This document shows positions 51,038-64,000 of a stretch of 64,000 nucleotides of DNA, piece by piece; positions within the stretch are counted from its first letter, which is position 1; every line of letters starts with the position of its first letter. The notes under the pieces are model-generated. The model did not search any database, was not told where the DNA came from, and worked only from the letters and a program-made list of their open reading frames with translations. A program made the position numbers and the translations under genes. The stretch is taken from positions 206,152,001-206,216,000 of the forward strand of contig NC_086097.1 of the NCBI RefSeq assembly GCF_963921235.1, given 5' to 3'. Origin of the DNA: Mobula hypostoma. Its lineage: Eukaryota.

Positions 51038-52927
51038 TGGGCAGGCTTCCTGCACCTGGACCATAGGTTTCTGTCAGAGTGCAAGTGCAGAAGCTACTCT
51101 AACAATAAGCCTATTAAAGCGATAAAACCTTGTATGAGTGCTTATGGTGAGAAACACTCTGAATCTTTCTTCCATCTCCATCTGTAGGTAGGCCTCATCT
51201 AGCCCACAATGCTTAAGTGTTTTCCTCCAGAAAAGTTTGCAAAGATATCCTCTATCATGGACAGAGGGTAATGATCTACTTTCAGTACTGAGTTGATGGT
51301 GACCTTAAAATCACCAGAGGTCACAATAGGCTCATTCTCCTTGGCTGTTGGTACAACTAGCATTGCCCATGGGCCCCACTCAACCTTGGCAACAATTCCT
51401 TCAGTATCCATGAGCTACTTTACTCAGCTCAATGGCTAATTTATCAGGGACGGTATAAGGAACCAGTTGGGTTTTGTAAAACTTGGGCATGGCATTTTAA
51501 TTCAACACTATTTTACTCTTGATATGCTTTGAGTTTTCCAATGCCATCCTTGAACATTGCATTCTTAATTTGCTTTCTGTTGACTCTATTGCAGGGGATG
51601 TGGCATGCAAATTGTGGATGGATCTCCACCAATTGAGTCGTAATTGTCTCAAGTCAATCACAGCCAATGAGCCTTGTTGGTTGTTTATTTCAATGTTACA
51701 AATATCATTCCCACAGGAGTTATCTTTTCTCCAGTACACGTTTTTAATTGGTTATCTGCATGCTTCAGTTCAGTATCATTGAAATGCCATCCAAACTCAT
51801 TTTGTGGAATGACTGAATCAGCCGAGCCAGAGTCCAATTCCATTTTAATTAATTTGCTGTTCACTTCTGGTGTAAGCCACATTGCTTGTCTATTGTTAGT
51901 TTTTACATTGTAAACCTGAAGGCTACTGAGTCCTGTGTCATTATCAGATTTTTCATCAACAGCATGCAGATTTGTGTTCTTTTTGAAACTGCAAGTTGAC
52001 TTTTTAAAAAATCTTTTTCCCTTCCCTGTGCAGTCCATTTATTTTTGTCGGCCTGACATCCTCTTTCTAAGTGTCCTACTTTGTTGCAATTTCTGCAAGT
52101 TTCACCTTTAAATCTGCATTGGTCTGGTACATGTGAGTCCCTGCCAAACTGGCAACACAAATTTGTTCAAACTAACTGGTTTCTGTTTAGACATTGCAGT
52201 TTTGCCCATGCTCACTTTCATTCCTAACTGCAACTCAATTGCATCGCTGGCTGTTGATTCCAATGATACAGTAATTTCAACTGCTTTTTAAATGTAAGCT
52301 GTGCTTTGGTTAGGAGCCAATTCTGAATGTTGTCTTGTAAGGATCCAAAACTAAATAACCTCTTAGTGCATAGTTAAGCCAATCATTGAATTGACATTGC
52401 TTGGACAATTTTTTCAATTTACCCACAAGCTGAAATGGATTCTTCTTCCTTTTGATTCCACTTATGAAACCTTGAGCATTCTGCAATCACAAATGTCCCT
52501 GCATTATGTTCATGATTTCAGGAAAGCTAATTTTGGCTGGTTTGGTTGGATTAGTTACACTTCTTAGCGAACTGTATGCTTTTCCACCTATTGCACTCAA
52601 CAACACAGGCACTTGTTTTTCATTGGCTATTTCATTTGCTTCAAAATATTCCTCAATCTGTTCAGTATGTATCATCCAGTTATCTGTTGTGCAATTGTAC
52701 AAGTCTATCTTTCCAATGTAGCCAGCCATTTCTGCTTTATATTTATTTATAAACAGGGTACATAATAATGATGATAATTATTATCACCCAGTACTCAATG
52801 TTTATGAACCCGTGGCCAGAAACTAATTAAAAGAAAAACACAGGATCCAGGATATTTGTCTATTTAATTTTTCTTTTGTTTTTTTCCTTAGTGAAGCGCT
52901 CACTTGGCATTCACATACTTCTTACAT

Positions 52928-53243
52928 TGTGTTGGCATGTGGCCAAGTGGTTAAGGCGTTCATCTAGTGATCTGAACGTCGCTAGTTTGAGCCTTGGCTG
53001 AGGCAGCCTGTTGTGTCCTTGAGCGAGGCACTTAATCACACATGAATGGCTCTGCGACGACACAGGTGCCAAGCTGTATGAGTCCTAATGCCCTTCCCCT
53101 GGACAACACTGGTGGCGTGGAGAGGGGAGACTTGCAGCATGGGCAACTACCGGTCTTCCATACAACCTTGCTCAGGCCTGTGCCCTGGAAACCTTCCAAG
53201 GTGCAAATCCATGGTCTCACGAGACTAACAGATGCCTATACAT
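52928..53243 (+). mobile_element. tRNA-head CORE-type SINE inserted in the Gypsy LTR
   Basis: A box TGGCCAAGTGG, CORE-like TGTGTCCTTGAGCGAGGCACTTAA, and a 13-bp TSD ATACTTCTTACAT at 52915-52927 and 53244-53256. Confidence 0.85.
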
Positions 53244-53660
53244 ATACTTCTTACATATAACCCATAACGAATTACGTAAACAAGGAATGCTTAGTCAGCA
53301 ATACATTTACAATGTTACTGAAATACTAAATACATCACAGTCCTTTTCTACCTTATTCTAGATTATTTAGCTTTTTTTAAATTTAGTTCAATCTATTGGC
53401 AGATCTTGGTTTCCTGTAGTCAAGGATTTCTTCACCATGACTCGCTATTAAGGAAATTTCTTAGACATGTGAATTTCACAAACAATGAACAAAAAACCTT
53501 ATCATTTAATTGCCTTAGAGATTCTGTCAATATGAAAAAGTTAGATATTTCCAACTTGTTTTTAATCAATCAAAAAAACCCAGAAAAGATGAACAAATAT
53601 AGAAATTGTATTTTCATTGAGTACAAATCAACACTGTAATGAAAGTATAATGAAGAACAT

Positions 53661-56600
53661 TATGGGAATTATATATAGGCCTCCAAATAGTAGCCAAGAT
53701 GTGGGATTGAGATTGGAAAGGGAGCTGGAAAAGGCATGTAATAAACACAATTGTAATGGGGGACTTCAATATGCAAGGGGACAGGGAAAATCAGGTTGGT
53801 GTTGGATCGCAAGACAGGAAGTTTTTAGAGCAGCTTGAGCCTACTTAGGGAAAGGCCATCTTAGATGGGTTGTTGTGTAATAACCCAGATCTTATTAGGG
53901 AGCTTAATGTTAAGGAATATTTAGGGGACAGTGATCATAATATGATTGAATTCATGCTGCAATTTGAGAGGGAGAAGCACAAGTCAGATGTATCAGTATT
54001 GCAATGTAATAAAGGGAATTACAGAGGTATGAGAGAGGAGCTTGCCCAGGTGGATTGAAGGAGAATACTGGCAGGGATGATGGCAGAACACAGATGGCTG
54101 GAGTTTTTGGGAATAGATCACAAGGCTCAGGATAGATATGTCACATGGAAGCAGTAATTCTCAAATAGCAGGGGTAGGCAACCGTGGCTAACAAGGGAAG
54201 ATAAGGGCTGCATAAAAGCTAAGGAAAAAATATATAAGGTAGCAGAAGTGAGTGTAAAGTTGGATGATTTGGAAGCTTTTAAAATCTAACAAAAGACATC
54301 TAAAAAAGCTATATGGGAAAAGATGAAATATGAGGGCAAACTAGTCATTAATAGTTTTTTCAGTAATATAAAGAGTAATAGGGAGGTGAGAGTTGATATT
54401 GGACCACTGGAAAATGATGCTGGTGAGGTAGTAATGGGAGCAAAGAAATGGCAGATGAACTTAATGGAACTCACTGTGGAAGACACTAGCAGTGTGCCAG
54501 AGGTCTGTGAGCATCAGGGAGCAGGAGTGAGTGCCATTGTTATTACAAAGGAAAAAATGCTGGGCAACTCAAAGGTCTTAAGGTGGATAAGTCACCTGGA
54601 CCAGATGGACTACACACCAAAGTCCTGAAAGAGGTTGCAGGAGAGATAACGGATGCATTGGTTATGATCTTTCAAGAATCACTTGATTCTGGCATGGTCC
54701 TGGAGGACTGGGAGATTGCAGATGTCACTCCACTCTTTGGGGTGGGGGGGGGGAGGTAAAAGAAAGGGGAATTATAGGCCAGTTAGCCTAACCTCAGTGG
54801 TTGGGAAAGTGTTGGAGTCTATTACTAAGAATGAGGTTTCGGGGTACTTGTAGACTAATGATAAAATATGTCAAAGTCAGCATGGTTTCTGTAAAGGGAA
54901 ATCTTGCCTGATAAGTCTGTTAGAGTTCTTCGTGGAAGTAACAAGCAGGGTGGACAAAGAAGAGGCAGTCGATGCCATTTACTTGGATTTTCTATAGGCA
55001 TTTGATAAGGTGCCACACATGAGGCTGCCTAACAATAAAATCCTATGGCATTACAGGAAAGATACTGGCATCGATAGAAGAATGGCTGACAGGCGGGAGG
55101 CAGCTAGTGGGAATAAAGGAGCCTTTTCTGGTTGGCTGCCAATGACTAGTGGTGTTCTTCAGCAGTCAGTATTGGGACTGCTATTTTTCACATGTTTGTC
55201 ACTGATTTGGAGAATGGAATTGATGGCTTTGTGGCAAAGTGTGCGGATGAAATGATGATAGGTGGTGGGGTAGTTATTGCTGAGGAAGCAATGTGATTGC
55301 ATCAGGACTTATACAAATTGGAAGAATGGACAAAAAAAGGCAGATAGAGAGTACAATGTTGAGGAATGTACAATAATGCACTTTGGTAAAAGGAACAATA
55401 GTGCAGATTATCTAAATGGGGAGAAGATTCAAACATCAGAAGTGCAGAGGGATTTAGAAGTCCTCATGCAAGACTCCCAGAAGGTTAGTTTACAGGTTGA
55501 GTCTTAGGTAAAGAAGGCAAAAGCAATTTTGGCATAAATTTCAAGGGGAATAGAATATAGAAGCAAGGAGATATAGCGGAGGCTTTATAAGACACTAGCC
55601 AGGACACACTTGAGGTATTGTCAACAGTTTTGGGCCCTGTTTCTCAAAAGGGATAGAACATAGAATAGTACAGCACAGTACAGGCCCTTTGGCCCACAAT
55701 GTTGTGCCAACCCTCAAACCCTGCCTCCCATATAACCCGCCCCACCTTAAATTCCTCCATGTACTTGTCTAGTAGTCTCTTAAACTTCACGAGTGTATCT
55801 GCCTCCACAACTGACTCAGGCAGTGCATTCCACGCACCAACCACTCTCTGAGTAAAAAACCTTCCTCTAATATCCCCTTTGAACTTCCCACCCCTTACCT
55901 TAAAGCCATGTCCTCTTGTATTGAGCAGTGGTGCCCTGGGGATGAGGCTCTGGCTATCCACTCTATCTATTCCTCTTATTATCTTGTACACCTCTATCAT
56001 GTCTCCTCTCACCCTCTTTCTCTCCAAAGAGTAAAGCCCTAGCTCCCTTAATCTCTGATCATAATGCATACTCTCTAAACCAGGCAGCATCCTGGGAAAT
56101 CTCCTCTGTATCCTTTCCAGTGCTTCCACATCCTTCCTATAGTGAGGTGACCAGAAATGGACACAGTACTCCAAGTGTGGCCGAACCAGAGTTTTATAGA
56201 GCTGCATCATTACATCACGACTCTTAAACTCTATTCCTCGACTTATGAAAGCTAACACCACATAAGATTTCTTAACTACCCATCTACCTGTGAGGCAACT
56301 TTCAGGGATCTGTGGACATGTACCCCCAGATCCCTCTGCTCCTCCACACTAACAAGTATCCTGCCATTTACTTTGTACTCTGCCTTGGAATTTGTCCTTC
56401 CGAAGTGTACCACCTCACACTTCTCCAGGTTGAACTCCATCTGCCACTTCTCAGCCCACTTCTGCATCCTATCAATGTCTCTCTGCAATCTTCGACAATC
56501 CTCTACACTATCTACAACACCACCAACCTTTGTGTCGTCTGCAAACTTGCCAACCCACCTTTCTACCCCCACATCCAGGTCGTTAATAAAAATCACGACA

Positions 56601-56995
56601 AGTAGAGGTCCCAGAACAGATCCTTGTGGGACAGCACTAGTCACAATCCCCCAAGCTGAATGTACTCCCTCCACCATGACTCTCTATCTTCTGCAGGCAA
56701 GCCAATTCTGAATCCACCTGGCCAAACTTCCCTGGATCCCATGCCTTTTGACTTTCTGAAGAAGCCCACCATGTGGAACCTTGTCAAATGCCTTACTAAA
56801 ATCCATATAGATCACATCCACTGCACTACCCTCATCTATGTGCCTGGTCACCTCCTCAAGGAACTCTATCAGGATGTAATGTCATTGGAAAGAGTCCAGA
56901 GGAGGTTCACAAAGATGATTCCAGGAATGAAGTGGTTGACATATGAGGAGCAATTGGCAGCTTTGGGCCTCTACTCATTGGAATTTAGAAGAATA
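53661..56995 (+). mobile_element. CR1-type LINE (same family as 145-2472), split by an antisense CR1
   Basis: GIIYRPPN and LGDSDHNMIEF (APE endonuclease) plus RT remnants. Resumes at about 56872 as DVMSLERVQRRF. Confidence 0.9.
55655..56871 (-). mobile_element. Younger CR1-type LINE, 5'-truncated
   Basis: SAVPQGSVLGP, KFADDTK and RPHLEYCVHFWSP, with tail TATTCTATGTTCT. GGAT is duplicated at the junctions. Confidence 0.9.
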
Positions 56996-57493
56996 TAACT
57001 GAAGTTTGTAGTTCTTTTCCAGGATTCCTTGCTGTTCCAACCTAGTCATTTTCCTCACAAGGTCCCAACTGACACAAGTCATTTCAGCTAGTCAATGGCT
57101 TCAATTTATTATGTATCCTTGGACATAATGGGCAACTGCTCCTTAATATTAGTAATTTGAAAGGCTTCACAAAGCACCAAGTTATTTTATAGATAATTGG
57201 AGTACATAACATGACATACTTAAGTTTAGACAACAGCTACACTAAGTTTTTTTTATATAATTTTTATTAAATTTTCAAAAAGAATACATGAAAAGATAAA
57301 ATCTACCCACCCACCCCCTTAACCCTCCCCCCCCCCCCATATATATAGTCCTACCTAAAAGGAAGAAAGAGAAAAAACAAAAGAAGAGCCGCCTGGGTAT
57401 TGGAAGGTTTCCACATGCTCCATGGGATTCAAAATAAATTTGGTATAATTATTCGTTATTTTCCCCAAGTAACCAAATTCTTTGTCGGAGCAC

Positions 57494-60400
57494 TTAAATA
57501 TGACGTCCTATCTTTTGTAAATTAGGGCGCCAAATATTCAAGAATGTTAGATAATTATCTCTTAAATTATAAGTAATTTTTTCAAGTGGAATAGAACTAG
57601 CCATTTCATTATTCCAATAATCCATACTTAAATACGAATCAGATTTCCAAGTAACTGCTATAGTCTTCTTAGCTACTGCCAATGCAATTTTTATAAATTC
57701 TTTCTGATATTTATTCAATTTAAGTTTCGGTTTTATCCCTTCAATATCACCTAATAGAAATAATACAGGGTTATGTGGAAGTTGAATTCCAGTAATTTGT
57801 TCCAATAAGACTCTTAAATTTATCCAAAAGGGTTGAATTTTAAAACAAGACCAAGTAAAATGTAAAAAAGTACCAATTTCTTGATTACACCGAAAACATT
57901 TATCAGATAGATTTGAATTTAATCTATTTATTTTTTGTGGTGTAATATATAATTGGTGTAAAAAATTATATTGTACTAATCTAAGTCGAACATTTATTGT
58001 ATTTGTCATACTATCCAGACAAAGTCTTGACCAATTTATTTCATCAATATTAATATTCAGATCTGTTTCCCATTTTTGCTTTGACTTATGGGTTCCTTGT
58101 TTAATTGTCTGTTCTTGAATCAAATTATACATACAAGAAATAAATTTTTTAATTTTCCCTTTATGAATTAAAATTTCAATTTCATTAGCTTTTGGCAAAA
58201 ACATTGTTTGACCCAGCTTACCTATTAAGTAAGCCCTTAACTGAAAGTAACAAAAGAAAGTATTATTAGATATTTTATATTTATCCTTTAATTGTTCAAA
58301 TGACATCAATATACCTCGCTCAAAACAATCTCCTATAAATTTAATCCCTTTTTGGTACCAATTATATAAAAGTTGATTGTCCATTGTAAAAGGAATAAGT
58401 CTGTTTTGAAACAAAGGTCTCCTTGCTAATAGAGATTTCTGTGTTTCCTTATCAACATTTATCTTATTCCATAGATCAATCAAGTGTGTTAATATAGGAG
58501 ATTCTTTCTTTTCCCGTATCCATTTAGATTCCCATTTATATATAAAATCTTCAGGTTTATTTTCTCCTATCTTGTCTAGTTCTATTTTAATCCATGCTGG
58601 TTTTTGATCATCGTAAAAAGATGCAATAAATCTAAGTTGATTTGCTTTATAGTAATTTTTAAAGTTTGGAAGTTGTAACCCTCCTAACCTAAATTTACAT
58701 GTCAGTTTTTCCTATGATATTCTTGACATTTTACCTTTCCAAAGAAATTTTCTCACAGATTTATTTAACTCTTGAAAAAATTTCTGTGGCAATTGTATTG
58801 GTAATGTTTGAAACAAATACTGTAATCTCGGAAATATATTCATTTTTACAACATTGACTCTACCTACGAATGTTATTGGTAGTATCATCCATTTGTCAAG
58901 ATCTTCTTGAATTTTTTTCAATAGTGGTAAATAATTAAATTTATATAAATTCTTTACATCACTATCAAGTCTTATACCTAAATACTTTATACCATTTACC
59001 GGCCATCTAAATTGGGTTACTAATCGACATTGACTATAGTCTCCTTTAGTAAGAGATAAAATTTCACTTTTATCCCAGTTTATTTTGTAACCTGATACCT
59101 TCCCATATTCATCCAATCTAGAAGATAATTTATGTAACGAATGTTGTGGGTTTGTTAAATAGATCAAAACATCATCGGCAAAAAGATTAATTTTATATTC
59201 CTCTTGGTTAACTCTAAAACCCATAATACCTGGATCCAATCTAATTAGTTCTGCTAATGGCTCTATCGCCAATACAAATAGAGCAGGTGATAGTGGACAA
59301 CCTTGTCTAGTTGACCTTTTTAGCTGAAATGGTGTTGAAATTTGAGAGTTTGTCACTACTTTAGCTTAAGGGTTAGAATTTAAAGTTTTAATCCAATTTA
59401 TAAAAGATGTTCCTAACCCATATTTCTCTAATACTTTAAATAAAAAATCCCATTCTAATCTATCAAATGCTTTTTCTGCATCCAAAGCTACTACTATACT
59501 CTTCTCATCCCTTTTTTGTGCGAAATGAATTATACTGAGTAGCCGAGTTACATTATCTGCCAGTTGTCTATTTTAATAAATCCTGTTTGATCCATATGTA
59601 TTAATTTTGGTAAATATTTAGATAATCTATTCGATAAAATTTTTGCTATTATTTTATAATCCGTATTCAATAAAGAAATAGGGCTGTATGATGTTGGTTT
59701 CATAGAATCTCTGTCCTTTTTTGGCAATACTATTACAATCGCTGTTGAAAAAGATTCTGGAAGTTTATATATTTTTTCTGCTTGACGTATTAATTCCATA
59801 AAAAGAGGAAATAATAAATCTTTAAATTTTTTATAAAATTCAGGTGGAAAACCATCTTCTCCTGGAGATTTATTACTTTGAAGTGATCCTAAAGCTTCTT
59901 CAACTTCTTTTAATGTAAAAGGCATAGCTAATCCCCTCTGTTCTTCCAAATTCAATTTTGGAACAGAAACTTGTGATAAAAACCTTTCTATCTCATTAAC
60001 ATCGTTTTGGGATTCTGATTGATATAATTCAGAATAAAAATTTTTAAAGGTTTCATTTATTTCAAGAGGTTTATAAGATATTTTATTTGCCCTTGTTCTA
60101 ATTGCATTTATTGTTTTGGAAGCTTGTTCTGTTTTCAACTGCCAGGCAAGAATTTTATGTGCTCTCTCACCTAACTCATAATACCTTTGTTTAGATCTTA
60201 TAATTGCTTTTTCCGTTCTATATGTCTGAAGTGTATTATATTGCAACTTCTTATTGACAAGTTGTCTTCGTTTTTCTTCTGACATATATCTTTGTGATTC
60301 TTTTTCTATTCTTGTAATCTCTTTTTCCAATTGATCTAGTTCTGCCATATATTCTTTCTTAATTTTAGACGTATAACTTATTATCTGTCCCCTAAGATAT

Positions 60401-61271
60401 GCTTTCATCGCATCCCATAATATAAATTTATCCTCCACTGAATGAAAATTTGTATCCAAAAAAAATTGAATCTGCTTTTTCATAAAATCACAAAAATCTT
60501 GACGTTTTAATAATATTGAATTAAATCTCCATCTATAAGCCACTTCTTCCTTATCAGCCATTATTATTGTCATTAATAAAGGAGAATGATCTGATAATAT
60601 TCTTGCTTTATATTCCATATTTTTCACTCTGTGTTGAATATGCATTGATAATAGAAAAAAATCTATCCTTGAATAAGTTTTATGTCTATGGGAATAGAAC
60701 GAATAGTCTCTTTCTTTAGGATTGATTCTTCTCCATATATCAATCAAATTTAAATCTTTCATCAATGATAAAGTTAGATTTACTACCCTCGATTTTATAA
60801 CAGCCTTGGTTGATCTATCTAAGACTGGGTCTAAGCAAAAATTGAAGTCTCCTCCAATTAATATTTTTTCATGTGCATCCGCCAAATTCAAAAAAGTTTC
60901 TAGTATGAATTTTGCATCATTTTCATTTGGTGCATAAATATTCATAAAAGTCCATAGTTCAGAAAAAAGTTGACAATGTATAATCACATATCTCCCCGCA
61001 GAATCAGTTATTACATTTTGTATCCTAATTGGTAACGTTTTATTGATCAAAATTGCTACTCCCCTCGCTTTTGAATTAAATGAGGCCGCAACAACATTAT
61101 CCACCCAATCTCTCTTTAGTTTCTGATGTTCTGTTTCTGTTAGGTGCGTTTCCTGTAAAAAAAAGCTAAATCTATCTTCATTTTTTTAATATATGTTAAG
61201 ATTCTTTTTCTTTTCACTGGTCCATTAAGCCCATTAACATTAAAACTCAAAAAATTCAATAAATTAGTCAT
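57494..61271 (-). pseudogene. L1 ORF2 (APE endonuclease, RT, CCHC), several frameshifts and stops
   Basis: ATG at 61271 (MTNLLNFLSFNVNGLN), GGDFN, SDH, KSPGEDG, RQGCPLSP, LFADD and CFRC...H...C. Broken near 61165, 59570, 59367 and 58712. Confidence 0.93.
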
Positions 61272-61741
61272 TATTCTTAACAAAGTTACTCTAATCTAAA
61301 ACATTACTTATCTCCTCAACTCTCATAGTTCCTTGGGGAATCACTTTAAACTTCACCATGATGTTATGTGTTCCCCCCCCACCAACCTTCCAGGCAAAGA
61401 GAGAAAGAAAAGATAGAAAAAAAAAGAAAAAATAAAATACCCCCCCCCCCACTAATGTTGTGAATGAAAAGATACACAACACTACCCCCCTCCATTTTAC
61501 GGGTCGCGGCAAAAGCCACGCTTGCACACATGATTAACGTAGCAATCGATCAGTGCTTCTTCCAGCTCCCCCGCAACAAAAAAAGTTATATATATATATA
61601 AACAAAATTAGTATTATTATTCCCAGCTAATTTCCTCCAGTATTAACCTTTCTTACCCCCCTCATATAATTAATACTATATTTATACATTCATCCAGCTT
61701 CAAAAATCCAACAAATCCATTCTTAAACCCAATCTTCATCT

Positions 61742-62845
61742 TCAATCTATCTCGCTCTCCTGAGTTTGTTCTTGTATCTGGTGAATATTCAGAGAATCTT
61801 GCACAAACTGCTCTGCTTTCTGGTAGTCATCAAAAAATCTCTTTTCTCCACCAGACAAAAAAATCTTCAAAATTGCAGGATAACGCAGTATAAATTGATA
61901 ACCATGCTCCCATAGGGTTTTTCTCACTGGATTAAACTTCTTCCTTTTCTTCAAAAGTTCGTAACTTATATCAGGGTAGAAAAAAACTCTTTTCCCTTTA
62001 ATTATCAATGGCCCTTTTCTATCTTTGGCAGCTCGAACAGCCGCCTGTAGAATCCTTTCCTTGTCTTGAAATCTTAAGAATTTTATTAAAATCGATCGTG
62101 GATATTGGTCATCTTTTGGTTTTGGTCTTAAAGCTCTATGTGCCCGCTCAATTTCAATTGATCGAGCCTCCTCTCCCATTTGCAAAACCTCCGGGATTCA
62201 TCTTTGAAAAAATTCTATTGGCTTTTCTCCTTCCATACCTTCTGTAAGACCAACAATTTTTATATTATTACGTCTACTGAAATTTTCCAACATGTCCACT
62301 TTCTCCAAGAGTCGGTTTCTTTCCGAGTTCCAGACAAGCAAATCATTTTCTGTTTTTTCCACTCTATCATTCATAAGCCCCATTTCTCTTTCCATCTTCT
62401 GAAGCTTCTTTTCCATTTTGTCCTGTCTTTCCATAACTTTATTATAGCATCTCTTCGTATCTCTAAGCTCTTCTCTTACTTTCCTTAATTCAGCCGTTGA
62501 TTGCAATACAGCCTCTCTTATGTCTCTATCATCTCCTTTACTTCCACTCGCTTCCAATTCTTCCTCCTCTTGTTCATCTGTGTTCTCTGCAGAATCCAGT
62601 TCTGACTCTGAGTCATTTTCAATTACAGTGGGTGTCGGTTCTTGTAGTTTGCGTTGTGTCGATTTGCGCGTGCGCAATTCCGTTGTCTTCTTCGGAGCAA
62701 CCGCTGCCACCGCCATTGCTCCCTGTTCTACCGAAGGAGATCCAACCTGAGTCCGAGGCTCCATCGTTGCAGTAGGCCTTTTTTCCTTCCCGTCTCGCGG
62801 CTGCTTCGCAGCAGCAGACTTCTTTTGTTGCGGTTTAGGAGGCAT
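61742..62845 (-). pseudogene. L1 ORF1 (coiled coil + RRM/CTD), one frameshift near 62190
   Basis: LENFSRRNNIKIVG, IERAHR, FFYPDIS and LRYPAILKI. Confidence 0.93.
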
Positions 62846-63064
62846 ACCGTAAAGTCGTCTTACAAAGTTTATAAATAGTTTTCAAAAAATATTTACCAAC
62901 TTTGTTTTATTTAAACGGTACTTTACTGATTTGTTGCGGGAGAGCTGAATTTACACGTCTCAATCCCACGTCATCACGTGACGCCCCCCACAGCTACACT
63001 AAGTTAAGCAGATGGAATTTTACCTGTGGGCTTTTAAAATTTTCTAACTTTAACTGTCAAATTA

Positions 63065-63549
63065 CGAGAGGTGATTGATAAATTTGTGGCCTAAGGTAGA
63101 AGGAGTCAATTTTAGAAAACCTAGCACATTTATTTTTCCTACATTTACACACTTAGTCCAGCGGGCGTGGAACATACAGATCTCTTCTTTGTAGAAGTCG
63201 GCGTCTTGGACCTCCAGTAAGTGGTCCACAGCAGGGGTAATTGATGTTCGTGGCCTATGGTAGAAGGAGACGAGATACTGACTTCAAACTTTCTGCATTT
63301 TCACACAAAGAGCTGAACTGCACTTGCACGTAACGAGAGCTGCATAACTCATCTCCTTCTACCTCAGGCCACAAACTTATCAACCACCCCTGCTGTGGAC
63401 CACTTCTACAAAGAAGGGATCCATATGCTCCATGACTGCTGGACTAAGTGTGTACATGTAGGACGGGACTATGTTGAAAAATAAATGTGCCAGGTTTTCT
63501 AAAATTGACTCCTTCCACCTTAGGCCACAAACTTATCAATCACCCCTTG
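63065..63549. mobile_element. mariner-type MITE, largely palindromic
   Basis: TA-CGAGAGGTGATTGATAAATTTGTGGCCTAAGG ... CCTTAGGCCACAAACTTATCAATCACCCCTTG-TA, with an inner copy of the TIR pair at about 63233-63390. Confidence 0.85.
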
Positions 63550-63944
63550 TATATTTGACTTACTCAATTTTTGTAAATTTGACGCCAAAGAAGCTGGCTC
63601 TTTCTGTTCTGTACTCTTGATTACACATTCCCATTACTCCACTAGTTGTAAATGTGTCTGCAGCTGGCATTGCCTTTGGTGTAGAACCTTCCCTTTGACC
63701 TTCTTTATCTCTCCATTGTTTTCCTACTTAAAGACTACTTACAACCTACTTTTGTCCAAGATTCATGTTTCATGTCATGCATTATTAAATTTTGTCCTGT
63801 GAGCCACTTGAAAGTTTTTGCAATATTAAAGGTACTCCAGAAATACAAGCTGATGCTAATTAATAAGCAATCTGTCTTTCACATCAGTTATTCTGGGAGA
63901 TTTCATTGTTCCAGGAACAACAGACGAGTATGACAAAACCACCT

Positions 63945-64000
63945 TTCATAGAAACATAGACAGAAACATAGAAAATAGGTGCAGGAGTAGGCCATTCGGC
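63945..64000 (-). mobile_element. CR1 3' tail (continues beyond the window)
   Basis: (CATAGAAA)n followed by GGAGTAGGCCATTCGGC. Confidence 0.75.

Larger units (their letters stand above)
47711..53339 (-). mobile_element. Ty3/Gypsy LTR retrotransposon, decayed; 5' LTR partly present, 3' LTR absent
   Basis: Gag MAGYIGKID, CCHC knuckle CRNCNKVGHLERGC, protease MELDSGS, RT GDFKVTIN and YLDDI, RNase H ITDNQPL, integrase IHVDFAGPF..VNDNGPQF, in Gypsy order. The LTR starts TGTGATGTATTT at 53339. Confidence 0.92.
57249..62989 (-). mobile_element. Full-length L1-clade LINE (5.7 kb), inactivated
   Basis: 16-bp TSD ACAGCTACACTAAGTT at 57233-57248 and 62990-63005, a 5' GGGGGGCG start, ORF1 plus ORF2, AATAAA and an A tail. 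Confidence 0.96.

Overview
This is vertebrate, repeat-dense genomic DNA. The mix of CR1, Rex1/Babar, Penelope, Tc1 and Gypsy families suggests a cartilaginous fish, probably a ray (inference). The only recognisable host gene is pcmtd1 on the minus strand. Its last four coding exons are present (35855-35957, 27643-27814, 19564-19687, 9811-10181), with canonical GT-AG junctions and compatible phases. The first coding exon lies beyond the right edge, and the probable poly(A) signal is at 8361-8366. The rest is mostly decayed and often nested mobile elements, including a full-length L1 with a 16-bp TSD, a Gypsy with three nested insertions, an R4/Rex6-type RLE element, a Penelope element and a MER2-like pogo element. 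Highlights: (i) a dispersed set of minimal type I hammerhead-ribozyme motifs on Penelope-derived repeats, some arranged as palindromes; (ii) a candidate 57-nt poison exon in pcmtd1 whose stop codon forms at the splice junction; (iii) a pogo element closely resembling mammalian MER2; (iv) chimeric and inverted retroposon structures around pcmtd1 exons. No database searches were run. Family names come from recognised motifs, and element boundaries without a stated TSD are approximate.
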